From positions 1 to 64,000 of the IMG/VR virus record IMGVR_UViG_3300042562_001017: a DNA stretch of 64,000 nt, one strand, 5' to 3'. Shown piece by piece: positions 1 through 8,627 of this stretch. Position numbers and translations under genes: made by a program. Positions within the stretch are counted from its first letter, which is position 1, and every line of letters begins with the position of its first letter. This DNA comes from a virus. The notes under the pieces are model-generated. The model was not told the origin of the DNA. It ran no database searches and saw nothing but the letters and a program-made list of their open reading frames with translations.

Positions 1-229
1 CATATTCTACTGTATTATCTGATAAATACTGATAATCAGCTAAATCTCTATTAACTAAAATTCTACGAGCAGTTTTATTTTTAGGAAGTGTTCTATTTAA
101 ATCAATTTTTTCTAAATCAAAATTGCAAGAATTTATATCAAATAAAGGAATAATATTTAAACTTCTTACATCTATTTCTACTTCAGGAAGTAAATTATTA
201 AAATGTCTTGTATTTCTAAGAATTCTCAT
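1..229 (-). CDS. Hypothetical protein, N-terminal part; runs off the left edge; coupled to the E1/ThiF gene
   Basis: Read manually: ATG at 229 overlaps the TGA of 226..909 (ATGA); frame MRILRNTRHFNNLLPEVEIDVRSLNIIPLFD... stays open to the window edge. Confidence 0.75.
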   Translation of the reverse strand, partial: MRILRNTRHFNNLLPEVEIDVRSLNIIPLFDINSCNFDLEKIDLNRTLPKNKTARRILVNRDLADYQYLSDNTVEY

Positions 230-909
230 ATACTTTCAAACATCATTAACGGAAAATTATAAGTTGTTTTAAAAGATAAATTAACTGGTAAATCTGGATT
301 TAAAGTTGTACCTACATAATTACAAAATAATGCTGTCATTATACTTGCGATAGCCATACCACTAAAAGTAGTTGCTTTCATACTACAAGCAGCATCTTCA
401 ACTTCAGAATCATCAAATAAAGTTCTTTCGTATTCTTTTTCTTTTCCTTTTGTTACACAATAAACTTCTCCTGTGGTGAGTGCCATTCTTCCATCAATAA
501 AAAGTTCTCTATCATCTTCAGCTTTCCATTTATCAAAAGCTAATTTTCTTGCAGCCATATTGTCAAAACAAGAAAATACTATTGGACCAGTCAAACTTTT
601 ATCAGTATATTTTTCATTTAAAGAAATTATATTAGGTTTATCACATAATAAATTAACTAAACTATTAATACTATCAAGTTTTCTCATTCCAATATCAGTA
701 TTAGCATACATTTGACCAGCTAAATTTACTTCATCAATTAAATCATAATCGTATAAATGTAAATTACATTCTAGTCTAGCAAGATTAAGGGTCAGCCATG
801 AGCCGATACCCCCTAATCCTAATACTAATACTTCTACATTTGGTTTGTAAAAGTAAGCTTCTGAAAATCTTACTGTACTTTGTTTAATTGTTTTTATTCC
901 CATACCCAT
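226..909 (-). CDS. ThiF/E1-like ubiquitin-activating (adenylating) enzyme
   Basis: Rossmann VLVLGLGGIGSW, DYDLIDEVNLAGQ, SCFDNMAAR, IDGRM; candidate catalytic Cys175 (DAACS); no Zn CxxC pairs. Confidence 0.9.
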   Translation of the reverse strand: MGMGIKTIKQSTVRFSEAYFYKPNVEVLVLGLGGIGSWLTLNLARLECNLHLYDYDLIDEVNLAGQMYANTDIGMRKLDSINSLVNLLCDKPNIISLNEKYTDKSLTGPIVFSCFDNMAARKLAFDKWKAEDDRELFIDGRMALTTGEVYCVTKGKEKEYERTLFDDSEVEDAACSMKATTFSGMAIASIMTALFCNYVGTTLNPDLPVNLSFKTTYNFPLMMFESI

Positions 910-2057
910 TTGTCCATCTCCTCTATAATTAATTTTGTTGTTGGATGATTTCTGAAACTACTTACTTTTAGAAAATTAATACAATCTATCCATATATCAT
1001 TTAGATTACTTGTATCATCGTAATCGTCAGAAGTAATTGAAAAGAAGTCAAATATATCATGTGCATTATTTATTCTAATTTCAATAAATTCTTTAACTTC
1101 TTTGTTGTTTTTAAATTTCCCTTTGTTTTTAGGAATTAGATTATCTAAATAACCATGTAAAGGAGAAGAATACTCTTGATTATAATTAAAATAAAAAGGC
1201 ATATCTTCTATAGTATAGTTAATATCAATTAATCTTTTAATAAAATTTACAGCTTGAGAATCCCAAGTTAATTTATCTTCAGTTCTTTCTTTGTTTTTTT
1301 CGTCAAATAATTTACCTTGTTTGTAATTATTTTGTTTATAATTTACATTATAACCATAAGTATCGTAATTATCATTCCATGTATTATTTAACGTAGAAAA
1401 AGTTTGTACTGGTTTAGCTGCAATTACTTTTTCATATTGTCTAACAAAGAAATCATCAATTAAATTAGAACTTTCAGCAAATATTTCCATTTCATAATAA
1501 AATGTAACTTGTTTATTTGGTGAACTTATCATTTGTTCTACTCCGTGTCTATCTTTAAATTTTATTGTCCTACCTTCAATTTCACCAATGAATGCAATTC
1601 TAGCGCAATATTCATTTTTGTTATTTACAATTAACGAAAGGTAGTAGTTATAATTAGGAGCATTATCTGTAAGTTCTTCATTGTCAGTTGCACTAAAGAA
1701 AACTGCCATGTTGTTATGTGAATGAATGTGACTCATTGACCATTCCATAAGTTCTGGTTTTTCCATCAAAGCTTCTGTAAAAGAAGGAGAAGAAAAATCA
1801 TATTCTGTATAACCTGAAGTGCCTTTATCTAATAGCAATATATATTCAGCTTTACATGTAAATTGTTCTGGATTTTGTAAATCACCTTCACTAGTATGAT
1901 ACAATACACCTGACCATTCTACTAATGGCATTTTAGAACATAAATATTTAATTTGGTCAATTACAGTTTGACTCAATATTAATTTACCTTTTTTCTTAGA
2001 GAACTCAGTCAATTCTGAATAAGGGTTTTTTTTCAAGGAAGTTATTTGATTTGTCAT
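894..2057 (-). CDS. JAB/MPN+ (JAMM) metalloprotease with long C-terminal extension
   Basis: E47 (VEWSG) plus H112-x-H114-x7-S122-x2-D125 (HIHSHNNMAVFFSATD) is a full JAMM motif. Confidence 0.88.
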   Translation of the reverse strand: MTNQITSLKKNPYSELTEFSKKKGKLILSQTVIDQIKYLCSKMPLVEWSGVLYHTSEGDLQNPEQFTCKAEYILLLDKGTSGYTEYDFSSPSFTEALMEKPELMEWSMSHIHSHNNMAVFFSATDNEELTDNAPNYNYYLSLIVNNKNEYCARIAFIGEIEGRTIKFKDRHGVEQMISSPNKQVTFYYEMEIFAESSNLIDDFFVRQYEKVIAAKPVQTFSTLNNTWNDNYDTYGYNVNYKQNNYKQGKLFDEKNKERTEDKLTWDSQAVNFIKRLIDINYTIEDMPFYFNYNQEYSSPLHGYLDNLIPKNKGKFKNNKEVKEFIEIRINNAHDIFDFFSITSDDYDDTSNLNDIWIDCINFLKVSSFRNHPTTKLIIEEMDKWVWE

Positions 2058-3309
2058 TTATAATATTATTTATTTTGTCGATTAATTGACTTTTTATACT
2101 TTGATAATGAAGTCTATATACATCTAATTCTCCAGAAAAAATTGTTTCAGCTGAAGTTTTGTTTAAAGAATAGTCAATTGTAAGTGTACCAAGTGTTTTT
2201 CCGTTAAAAGTAAAAAAGTTACTTCCAACAATTTCTGTAGTATTACTAGTATTTTTATCACTTTTGTTTAGTTTATCTAAAGAAATATAATTTCTGTTAA
2301 TAGCATAAAAAGAATTAACTTCATCTAAAGAAGAATCACCTATATAAACTTTATTTCTATCTATATCTAAAATTAAATTATTAAATTTATTTGCCATTAA
2401 ACTTTTTATCATTTCTTCACGAAATACGGAATAAGGTACATTTTCAGTTGTATTATTAGAACGAATATCACTAATTTTAATATAAGGTCCGCCTTCTAAA
2501 GATTCCCAAGAAAGATAATTTTCTAAAGCTACACAATAACTTATAGCAAATTCTTCACTAGAAATTGGGATATTTCTATATTTACTTAGCAATCCTTCAC
2601 CTAAACAAGTATTTCTCCATTCATCAAATCCTCTTGAAAAATGAGAAAAGACATATGAAGAAGAATATTCTTCTTGAGATGCTTTAGTTCTTGTACCACT
2701 AACTAATGAAAAACAAGGATTTGAGTTACTATTTTCTAAAAATTTACTAAAATACTTAGCAAAATCACTTAAATATTTTTGTCTAAATGTATTTTGATAA
2801 GATATATCAACTTTTAAATATACATCATAAATAGTATGTTGTCTTCCTGAACTATTTTGAACATGCTTTATTGGAAAATATACTATAAAAAAGCCATCTT
2901 GTATATCTACTCTATCTCCAAAAAAGTCTTTAATTACTTTTTTCCAATCAAAACTATCTTCAGTTTTATTTTCTGAATGTCTATTAAAAAATTCTTCATC
3001 AGTAAGATGTTCTTTTCCTGTTAATTTATTATAAGAGTTTAATGTAAAATCATCTAAAAAACCTCTACTAACATTATTGTGATATTCTTCAGATTGACTA
3101 TAACAATCAGGATTATAATCTATTTCAGGAATTTCATCTTCTATAACTATAACATCTTTTTTATCAATTGACCAGTGAGATATAGTTATATCATCAATAA
3201 TGTTATAATAATTATCAACTAATTCAAATTTTTCAAATATTCTATATATTACAGTTGCAGATGCACCTTGAGAGTTTTTTCCTGTAACTCCAGTTACTAA
3301 TATTTTCAT
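2005..3309 (-). CDS. Putative prokaryotic E2-like (UBC-fold) conjugating protein
   Basis: Central YVFSH223...TC235LGEG resembles the H...CLG active-site signature of Prok-E2 families; lies between Ubl and JAB genes. Confidence 0.6.
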   Translation of the reverse strand: MKILVTGVTGKNSQGASATVIYRIFEKFELVDNYYNIIDDITISHWSIDKKDVIVIEDEIPEIDYNPDCYSQSEEYHNNVSRGFLDDFTLNSYNKLTGKEHLTDEEFFNRHSENKTEDSFDWKKVIKDFFGDRVDIQDGFFIVYFPIKHVQNSSGRQHTIYDVYLKVDISYQNTFRQKYLSDFAKYFSKFLENSNSNPCFSLVSGTRTKASQEEYSSSYVFSHFSRGFDEWRNTCLGEGLLSKYRNIPISSEEFAISYCVALENYLSWESLEGGPYIKISDIRSNNTTENVPYSVFREEMIKSLMANKFNNLILDIDRNKVYIGDSSLDEVNSFYAINRNYISLDKLNKSDKNTSNTTEIVGSNFFTFNGKTLGTLTIDYSLNKTSAETIFSGELDVYRLHYQSIKSQLIDKINNIINDKSNNFLEKKPLFRID

Positions 3310-3329
3310 TTTTTTAATTTAAAAATAAA

Positions 3330-3362
3330 AAAACTCTCTTGTTGTATTAACAAGAGAGTTTT
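3330..3362 (-). terminator. Intrinsic terminator between Ubl and E2-like genes
   Basis: Perfect 14-bp stem AAAACTCTCTTGTT-GTATT-AACAAGAGAGTTTT with T-run on the minus strand. Confidence 0.8.
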
Positions 3363-3370
3363 AAATAAAA

Positions 3371-3775
3371 TTACAGACCTAATTCTCTTTTAATTTTAGC
3401 TGCTTCTGCTGCTAAACTTGAATCAGATGAACTAAGATGTGAAGTAGATGAATGTTCTCCATCTTCGATTTCGTTTAAGATGTCTTCAAAAGCTTCGTCA
3501 AATTTTTCTTTAAGACGAGCAATTACTGAAGCTACATCAATAGATTCAGAACCAGATTTAGTCTTAGCAGGAGTCAAAACTAATTTGAATTCACCTTCAG
3601 GAAGAATTGCTTCCATAGATACTAATTGATTTCTAGTTTCTACAATAGTAGCTACCATGTCTTCATTTAATAATGAAGGAATTTCTGCTCTAAGTTCTCC
3701 CCATGTTGAAGAAGTTGAAATTAAACTTTGCGATGTGTTTGTTTTTGTTGAAAAAACTACAATTTTTCTAGCCAT
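3371..3775 (-). CDS. Putative ubiquitin-like (beta-grasp) protein precursor with C-terminal extension
   Basis: Residues 1-75 show a beta-beta-alpha(TWGELR)-beta...beta pattern ending KLVLTPAKTKSG75, then a 59-aa acidic helical tail; first gene of the E2/JAB/E1 cluster. Confidence 0.65.
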   Translation of the reverse strand: MARKIVVFSTKTNTSQSLISTSSTWGELRAEIPSLLNEDMVATIVETRNQLVSMEAILPEGEFKLVLTPAKTKSGSESIDVASVIARLKEKFDEAFEDILNEIEDGEHSSTSHLSSSDSSLAAEAAKIKRELGL

Positions 3776-4725
3776 TTTGTTAAATTATTTTTTGTTTGAT
3801 TTATTCCATATGACCTTATATAGTCACTAATGTCTTTTTGATTTGATTCTATCGGAATAAATAAAGGAATCAAATTTGGATATTTATTAATTACAGCATC
3901 TGCTGCTATATACCCAGCTTCATCATTATCAAAATTAATTATTATTTGGTCATAATTATTTTGTAAATGAGGTAAATGGATTTCCCATTTAGATAAAGCT
4001 TCAGAATGTGGAGCAACTGATTCGTGCTCTAAAAAATCATAAACCATAACATCTTTTTTACTTTTTGTTATGATTAATAAATTACTCTCATATCTAAGTT
4101 GCTCTAGTCCTTGTAACATCGAGGAATTTATGTTGCTCACAAATCTGAATTCTTTTCTCTTATAATGATACATTTTCCATTTACCATCTTCTAAATATCC
4201 TAAACAAGGGTCGCTATTTCTATAACTATAAACTTGTTTACCATTAATCCAATACATTGCTACACTATAGACATTATGTCTTTTGCAAATATTTGCGGTT
4301 AGATGAAAAGATTTAAGATAATCAATATCTTGTTTAGTATAATTTTGAATTCTACAATCAATTAGTGTTCCTTCTTTAACTAATTTTGGTATATATACAT
4401 AATCTGATTTTACATAATCACTTCCTTTACCTAAAAAATCTTGATATACCATTTCTAGTACCTTCGGGTAAGATATATTATACATATCTTTAAGTATTGT
4501 AAAGCAATTATATACTTTTTTTCTAGCAAAATCAGTTAACCACCAATAACCAGATTGTTCAAAAAACTTACAACCTGCATTTACATCATGTCTTGATGGA
4601 TTTGTATATAAAGTTAATGAATCTGGAGTTAAATTTGTATAGTATTTCCAAATATCTTCTTGTGATATTTTACTTAATAAATAATTTGGAGTTAAATATT
4701 CAGGTTTATCGTTTATACTATACAT
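3757..4725 (-). CDS. DNA primase (TOPRIM), crAss-type
   Basis: NPSRHD N-terminal motif, LLIITKSKKDVM, IIINFDNDEAG (DxD), KDISDY. Confidence 0.85.
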   Translation of the reverse strand: MYSINDKPEYLTPNYLLSKISQEDIWKYYTNLTPDSLTLYTNPSRHDVNAGCKFFEQSGYWWLTDFARKKVYNCFTILKDMYNISYPKVLEMVYQDFLGKGSDYVKSDYVYIPKLVKEGTLIDCRIQNYTKQDIDYLKSFHLTANICKRHNVYSVAMYWINGKQVYSYRNSDPCLGYLEDGKWKMYHYKRKEFRFVSNINSSMLQGLEQLRYESNLLIITKSKKDVMVYDFLEHESVAPHSEALSKWEIHLPHLQNNYDQIIINFDNDEAGYIAADAVINKYPNLIPLFIPIESNQKDISDYIRSYGINQTKNNLTKWLEKL

Positions 4726-4749
4726 AATTTAAATCATTTTTTGTTTTTA

Positions 4750-5283
4750 CTAAAATGCTTCTGGAACAAAATTAGCTATTTCATCATTAGAAGTAGGAGC
4801 AGCTTTAGTTATTTTCTCAGTACTACTAATTTTTAAAGTACCAGCATCTTTAGCAATAAAACCTACGTATTTAGGAAAACCTAAATTACCTCTATCATCA
4901 AATAATAACTTGATTTCAAAAGTTTTACCGTTATAATTGTCAGCTGCAATACGAATGATTTCGTTAGCATATTCTTGAAAAGTAGAAACATTACCTACTA
5001 CAATACTATCTTCAGCTACAAACTTAGATAAAATATGCTTAATGCGCTTACTCATGTTAGCAACTTTACTTTCTGCTTTATCGTCAGAAGATTCTACAGG
5101 CCATTCTACGTGTCTAAATGTTTCACCTTTAGCACCTTTAAAATGAAAAGCTAAAACGTCTTTACCTGTTCCGTCTTTCTTTGCATTCTCGTAAGAGATT
5201 TTTTCGATGATTACTCCACTATGGATTCCACCGTCAAAACGATTGTTTTCGTCAATCGTTAGGTTTTTTGATATTTCGTACAT
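4750..5283 (-). CDS. Putative ssDNA-binding protein
   Basis: Beta-rich OB-like pattern, flexible tail ending ...FVPEAF; between primase and recombinase. Confidence 0.5.
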   Translation of the reverse strand: MYEISKNLTIDENNRFDGGIHSGVIIEKISYENAKKDGTGKDVLAFHFKGAKGETFRHVEWPVESSDDKAESKVANMSKRIKHILSKFVAEDSIVVGNVSTFQEYANEIIRIAADNYNGKTFEIKLLFDDRGNLGFPKYVGFIAKDAGTLKISSTEKITKAAPTSNDEIANFVPEAF

Positions 5284-5290
5284 ATATTAA

Positions 5291-5560
5291 TTAATTTACG
5301 TGTGATTCTGATTCAACATTTTGAGAAAAAGCTTCTGTAAAAGGAGTCATCTCAACTGCTTCATTTACTACATCATTTACAATTGTATCATCTACAATAG
5401 TATAAGTAGCATGTTGTTTTCTACTAATTTTTAAACCAAAAGTTGTCATAATCTTTTTGATTTCTGTTTCTGGCAACTCATACTTAGCTGCTAACTCTTT
5501 GCGAGTCATTTTTGTTTCTGTAACGTCTGTTACAAATTGTGATTTAATAATCTGCTTCAT
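5291..5560 (-). CDS. Small HTH-like hypothetical protein
   Basis: MTRKELAAKYELPETEIKKIM is helix-turn-helix-like. Confidence 0.5.
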   Translation of the reverse strand: MKQIIKSQFVTDVTETKMTRKELAAKYELPETEIKKIMTTFGLKISRKQHATYTIVDDTIVNDVVNEAVEMTPFTEAFSQNVESESHVN

Positions 5561-5566
5561 CTTTTT

Positions 5567-6169
5567 TTAATTAATAATTTTTACATCTCCGTCTTCAGTA
5601 ATGCTTACATTACTTGCATTTGTTACATCTACCATTTCTTCAACAGTATATAGACCTAGTAACATGTCTGGTGCGATACGATTTGCACCTAAAGATAAAC
5701 AACGAGCGTAAAGCATTTGCTTAGGCATCTTAACCCAATTGTCTTTAGTAGTCCAGCCTGCTTTAACAGCATCAGACCAATAAAAATTTGTAGTTTCTGT
5801 AACGTTTCCTCTGTAAAATTCAATGGTAGTTACTCTATCTTTTATTTCTACTCCATTACTATCAACTCCTCTTACTACAAGTTCGCCATCTTTTATTGTT
5901 TTTATAGATATACCATTTCTCCACATCAAAGCACCTAATGCTTTAGATGAAAGAGCTAATCTACCTTGAATAGAATAAATTTGATGAAAAGCTTGCATAG
6001 GCTTCATTCCTAAATCTTTACCGTATTGAGCGATAGCAAATGCTTGCTCAATTGTTTTGATGTTAGAAGGAAGTACCTTTGAGTCAATAAGTAATTGTAA
6101 TTGTTCCATTTCGTTAGCAGGAACTGGCTTTGTGATTTGTTGTTCTTGAACAACTATTGCATCTGTCAT
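5567..6169 (-). CDS. RecT/Bet-like ssDNA annealing protein
   Basis: GKDLGMKPMQA..IYSIQGR; WVKMPKQMLYARCLS; PDMLLGLYTVEEM. Confidence 0.75.
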   Translation of the reverse strand: MTDAIVVQEQQITKPVPANEMEQLQLLIDSKVLPSNIKTIEQAFAIAQYGKDLGMKPMQAFHQIYSIQGRLALSSKALGALMWRNGISIKTIKDGELVVRGVDSNGVEIKDRVTTIEFYRGNVTETTNFYWSDAVKAGWTTKDNWVKMPKQMLYARCLSLGANRIAPDMLLGLYTVEEMVDVTNASNVSITEDGDVKIIN

Positions 6170-7101
6170 AAATTGAAATTGATTTGTCCTTGTTGTGGAG
6201 GGCTATCATATATTCTATTAATCGCTAAATTATGATACATAGCAATCTCACACAATGAACCCTCGCGTTGTTTTAAAATTTGAGTAATCAGTAGGTTTTT
6301 GGTATCTAGACTTTTATATCTACTAAGGTCATACATTTCTGGTCTATGTAATGCTAATACAAGTGTTGCACATTGCATAACACTATCTGCACCGAAAATA
6401 TAACTAGGAAGAATACCAGTAGTACCGACATCACTTCTCTCACCATCTTCTATTTTTCTATTAAGTTGAGACAAGAATACGTTAATACATTCTAGTTTGT
6501 TTTTTAATCTTACTCCAGCAAGCATTAGATTAGTAATTTTTTCTTCTTCTGTTTTCTCATTAGATGATGTTATCAAACGAGTATGGTCTACTATATTAAC
6601 TATAGTTCTGTTTGGAAATAATAACGCTACTTCTTCTACTTTGCTTTCCCATTGTTTATGATTAACAGGAATATCTCTAAAATACATAGGTATTTTTCTC
6701 AATTCGTTACCTGCATTAACAAGTGAAGCATAAGTATCTTCTTCTAAAGGTGTATTAGCAGATAACATTTCTTTTACAGGTAACATAGCTTCGGCAGAAT
6801 ACATACGAGCTACATTTTGCCATGATTTCATCTCGAATGACCAATAAATAAAAATTAAATCAGGATATTTAACCGCTAAATCTTTTACAAGTATAGTAAC
6901 AAAAGCACTTTTACCAACACCGCTTCTCGCTGGTATTACTAATTGGTCGCCTTTATATATACCAGTAATTTTATCATTTAGTTTTTCACTAAATGTTTTA
7001 AATGGTCTTAATTCTCCTGATTTATACTTACGTATAATTTCATTTGTTTCGTCTACAATTTCCGATATATGTTGTAGACCACTAATAGATAGATTTTCCA
7101 A
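6166..7101 (-). CDS. DnaB-like replicative helicase (SF4 C-terminal domain)
   Basis: Walker A ARSGVGKS, SFEM, IVDH, LSQLNR, KQREG. Confidence 0.88.
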   Translation of the reverse strand: MENLSISGLQHISEIVDETNEIIRKYKSGELRPFKTFSEKLNDKITGIYKGDQLVIPARSGVGKSAFVTILVKDLAVKYPDLIFIYWSFEMKSWQNVARMYSAEAMLPVKEMLSANTPLEEDTYASLVNAGNELRKIPMYFRDIPVNHKQWESKVEEVALLFPNRTIVNIVDHTRLITSSNEKTEEEKITNLMLAGVRLKNKLECINVFLSQLNRKIEDGERSDVGTTGILPSYIFGADSVMQCATLVLALHRPEMYDLSRYKSLDTKNLLITQILKQREGSLCEIAMYHNLAINRIYDSPPQQGQINFNL

Positions 7102-7666
7102 AGCCTTCTCCTTCCGATTCTTTAATTTTCTTTATACTTTCCCAAACTTTACCTGCTATAAATTTATCTATTTTCATATTTAGCAAGTTCTTTTCAATGG
7201 CGTAAGTTAATATTTCTTTAACTTCTTCATGCTTATTTTGAGAATTTTTAATAGCTTTTACATAATTTTTCTCTAATTCGTCTAAATCTACAGTTTTTGT
7301 AAAAACTTTTGTTGAATTTACCATAAAAGTATCTGGATATAATTCTAATAATTCTTCAAAAGCTTCGCCACCATTAATAAACATCAAATCTACAAATTTA
7401 CTTGTAAGTATAAGTTGGTCAAAAGCATAATCTTGAGATAAAGATATAACATATTCTTTGTTTACTAAATCCTTTATCTCATCTTTAGTCCAACCAGCTC
7501 CCTCATGACTCCATTTATATATTAAACCTCCTTTGGTAAATTTCAAAGATGCACCTTGTTTTACCATTTTCTCAGTATATAATAAATAAAGCAGAAGGAA
7601 TTGATTGGTCTTTAACTTGTTTTTACATAGAAATTCTACGTAATTTTCTGGGTTATCTAACAGCAT
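7082..7666 (-). CDS. Hypothetical replication-region protein
   Basis: 194-aa ORF overlapping the helicase start; possible winged-helix N-terminus. Confidence 0.6.
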   Translation of the reverse strand: MLLDNPENYVEFLCKNKLKTNQFLLLYLLYTEKMVKQGASLKFTKGGLIYKWSHEGAGWTKDEIKDLVNKEYVISLSQDYAFDQLILTSKFVDLMFINGGEAFEELLELYPDTFMVNSTKVFTKTVDLDELEKNYVKAIKNSQNKHEEVKEILTYAIEKNLLNMKIDKFIAGKVWESIKKIKESEGEGFGKSIY

Positions 7667-7721
7667 TTGTTTTTCTATTTAAATTTCTTATACGAAATTA
7701 ATTCCCAGAAAACAAGAATAT

Positions 7722-8084
7722 TTATGAATATTTAGCTATAAGTTCTTTTTCTAAACTTGCTAAATCTTTTTTATCAAATTCTAATGACAAAACTATATCA
7801 CTATATATTTCATTATATGAACTAATTGGATTTTGTTTAGGTACCCAATTAATAATGTTTTTATTACTTATATAACTTGATTTCATATAATAACCTAAAT
7901 TAGAAAGTTGTGCACTTAAAGAACTTAATTTAGCAATTAATTCTTTACTCTCTTGATTAAGAGCATTATAACCATCTATTAATTTAGTTATTTTAGTTGG
8001 AATAACTACTTCTTTTTTGTTATCTACTACTTTAGATATTCTTTGAGCTAATATTTGTATAGCTTCTTTACTTACTCTTGCCAT
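7722..8084 (-). CDS. Hypothetical protein (coiled coil)
   Basis: ORF track, co-oriented, tight packing. Confidence 0.65.
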   Translation of the reverse strand: MARVSKEAIQILAQRISKVVDNKKEVVIPTKITKLIDGYNALNQESKELIAKLSSLSAQLSNLGYYMKSSYISNKNIINWVPKQNPISSYNEIYSDIVLSLEFDKKDLASLEKELIAKYS

Positions 8085-8089
8085 AATTT

Positions 8090-8194
8090 TTATTTTTTAT
8101 TTAATATTTCAAAATCTTCTTCTATTTCTATAACTTGTTCATTTTCTAATATCCAATAAGCAGTTGATACATCTTCTGCTGAGTAATTATTCAT
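8090..8194 (-). CDS. Small acidic hypothetical protein (34 aa)
   Basis: Read manually: MNNYSAEDVSTAYWILENEQVIEIEEDFEILNKK fills the gap between neighbours. Confidence 0.5.
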   Translation of the reverse strand: MNNYSAEDVSTAYWILENEQVIEIEEDFEILNKK

Positions 8195-8627
8195 CAATTG
8201 TTGTATTGGAATCTCTTTTTTTATTAAACAAATTATCTCTGTAATCTTTGACGTTTTGCTCATAATACTTGTAATTTGGAAAAATGTTATCTTTTAATTT
8301 TAAACTATTATCTATAGTTTTAATACCATAAATAATAGTAGAATGATTTTTATTACCTAAAAGTTTTGCTATTTTAGACAAATTAAAACCACTATTTTCA
8401 TAAGTTAATTTAGAAATCATCATTCTAGAAAAAGCTAAATTTTGTTTTTTACAAGAAGAAATTAAATCATTATAAAGTATATTTTCTTTTTCACAAACTA
8501 TTTTAACTATATAATTAAAAATCATATCGTTTACATCTTTATTTTGACTTTCTAAAAAAACTATTTCTGCTCTAATTCTAGAAAGTTCTTTATAAAGAAT
8601 TTCTAACTTTTTAATAATATCACTCAT
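8187..8627 (-). CDS. DnaA C-terminal (domain IV) HTH-like protein
   Basis: LAFSRMMISKL..NLSKIAKLLGNKNHSTIIYGIKTI matches the DnaA-IV signature (IG..FGGRDHSTV.HA). Confidence 0.75.
   Translation of the reverse strand: MSDIIKKLEILYKELSRIRAEIVFLESQNKDVNDMIFNYIVKIVCEKENILYNDLISSCKKQNLAFSRMMISKLTYENSGFNLSKIAKLLGNKNHSTIIYGIKTIDNSLKLKDNIFPNYKYYEQNVKDYRDNLFNKKRDSNTTIDE

Noticed and set aside
226-909. ThiF as a thiamine/molybdopterin auxiliary metabolic gene
   Set aside because: No ThiS/MoaD-type GG-terminated carrier or cofactor genes are in the window; its neighbours are JAB and E2-like genes.
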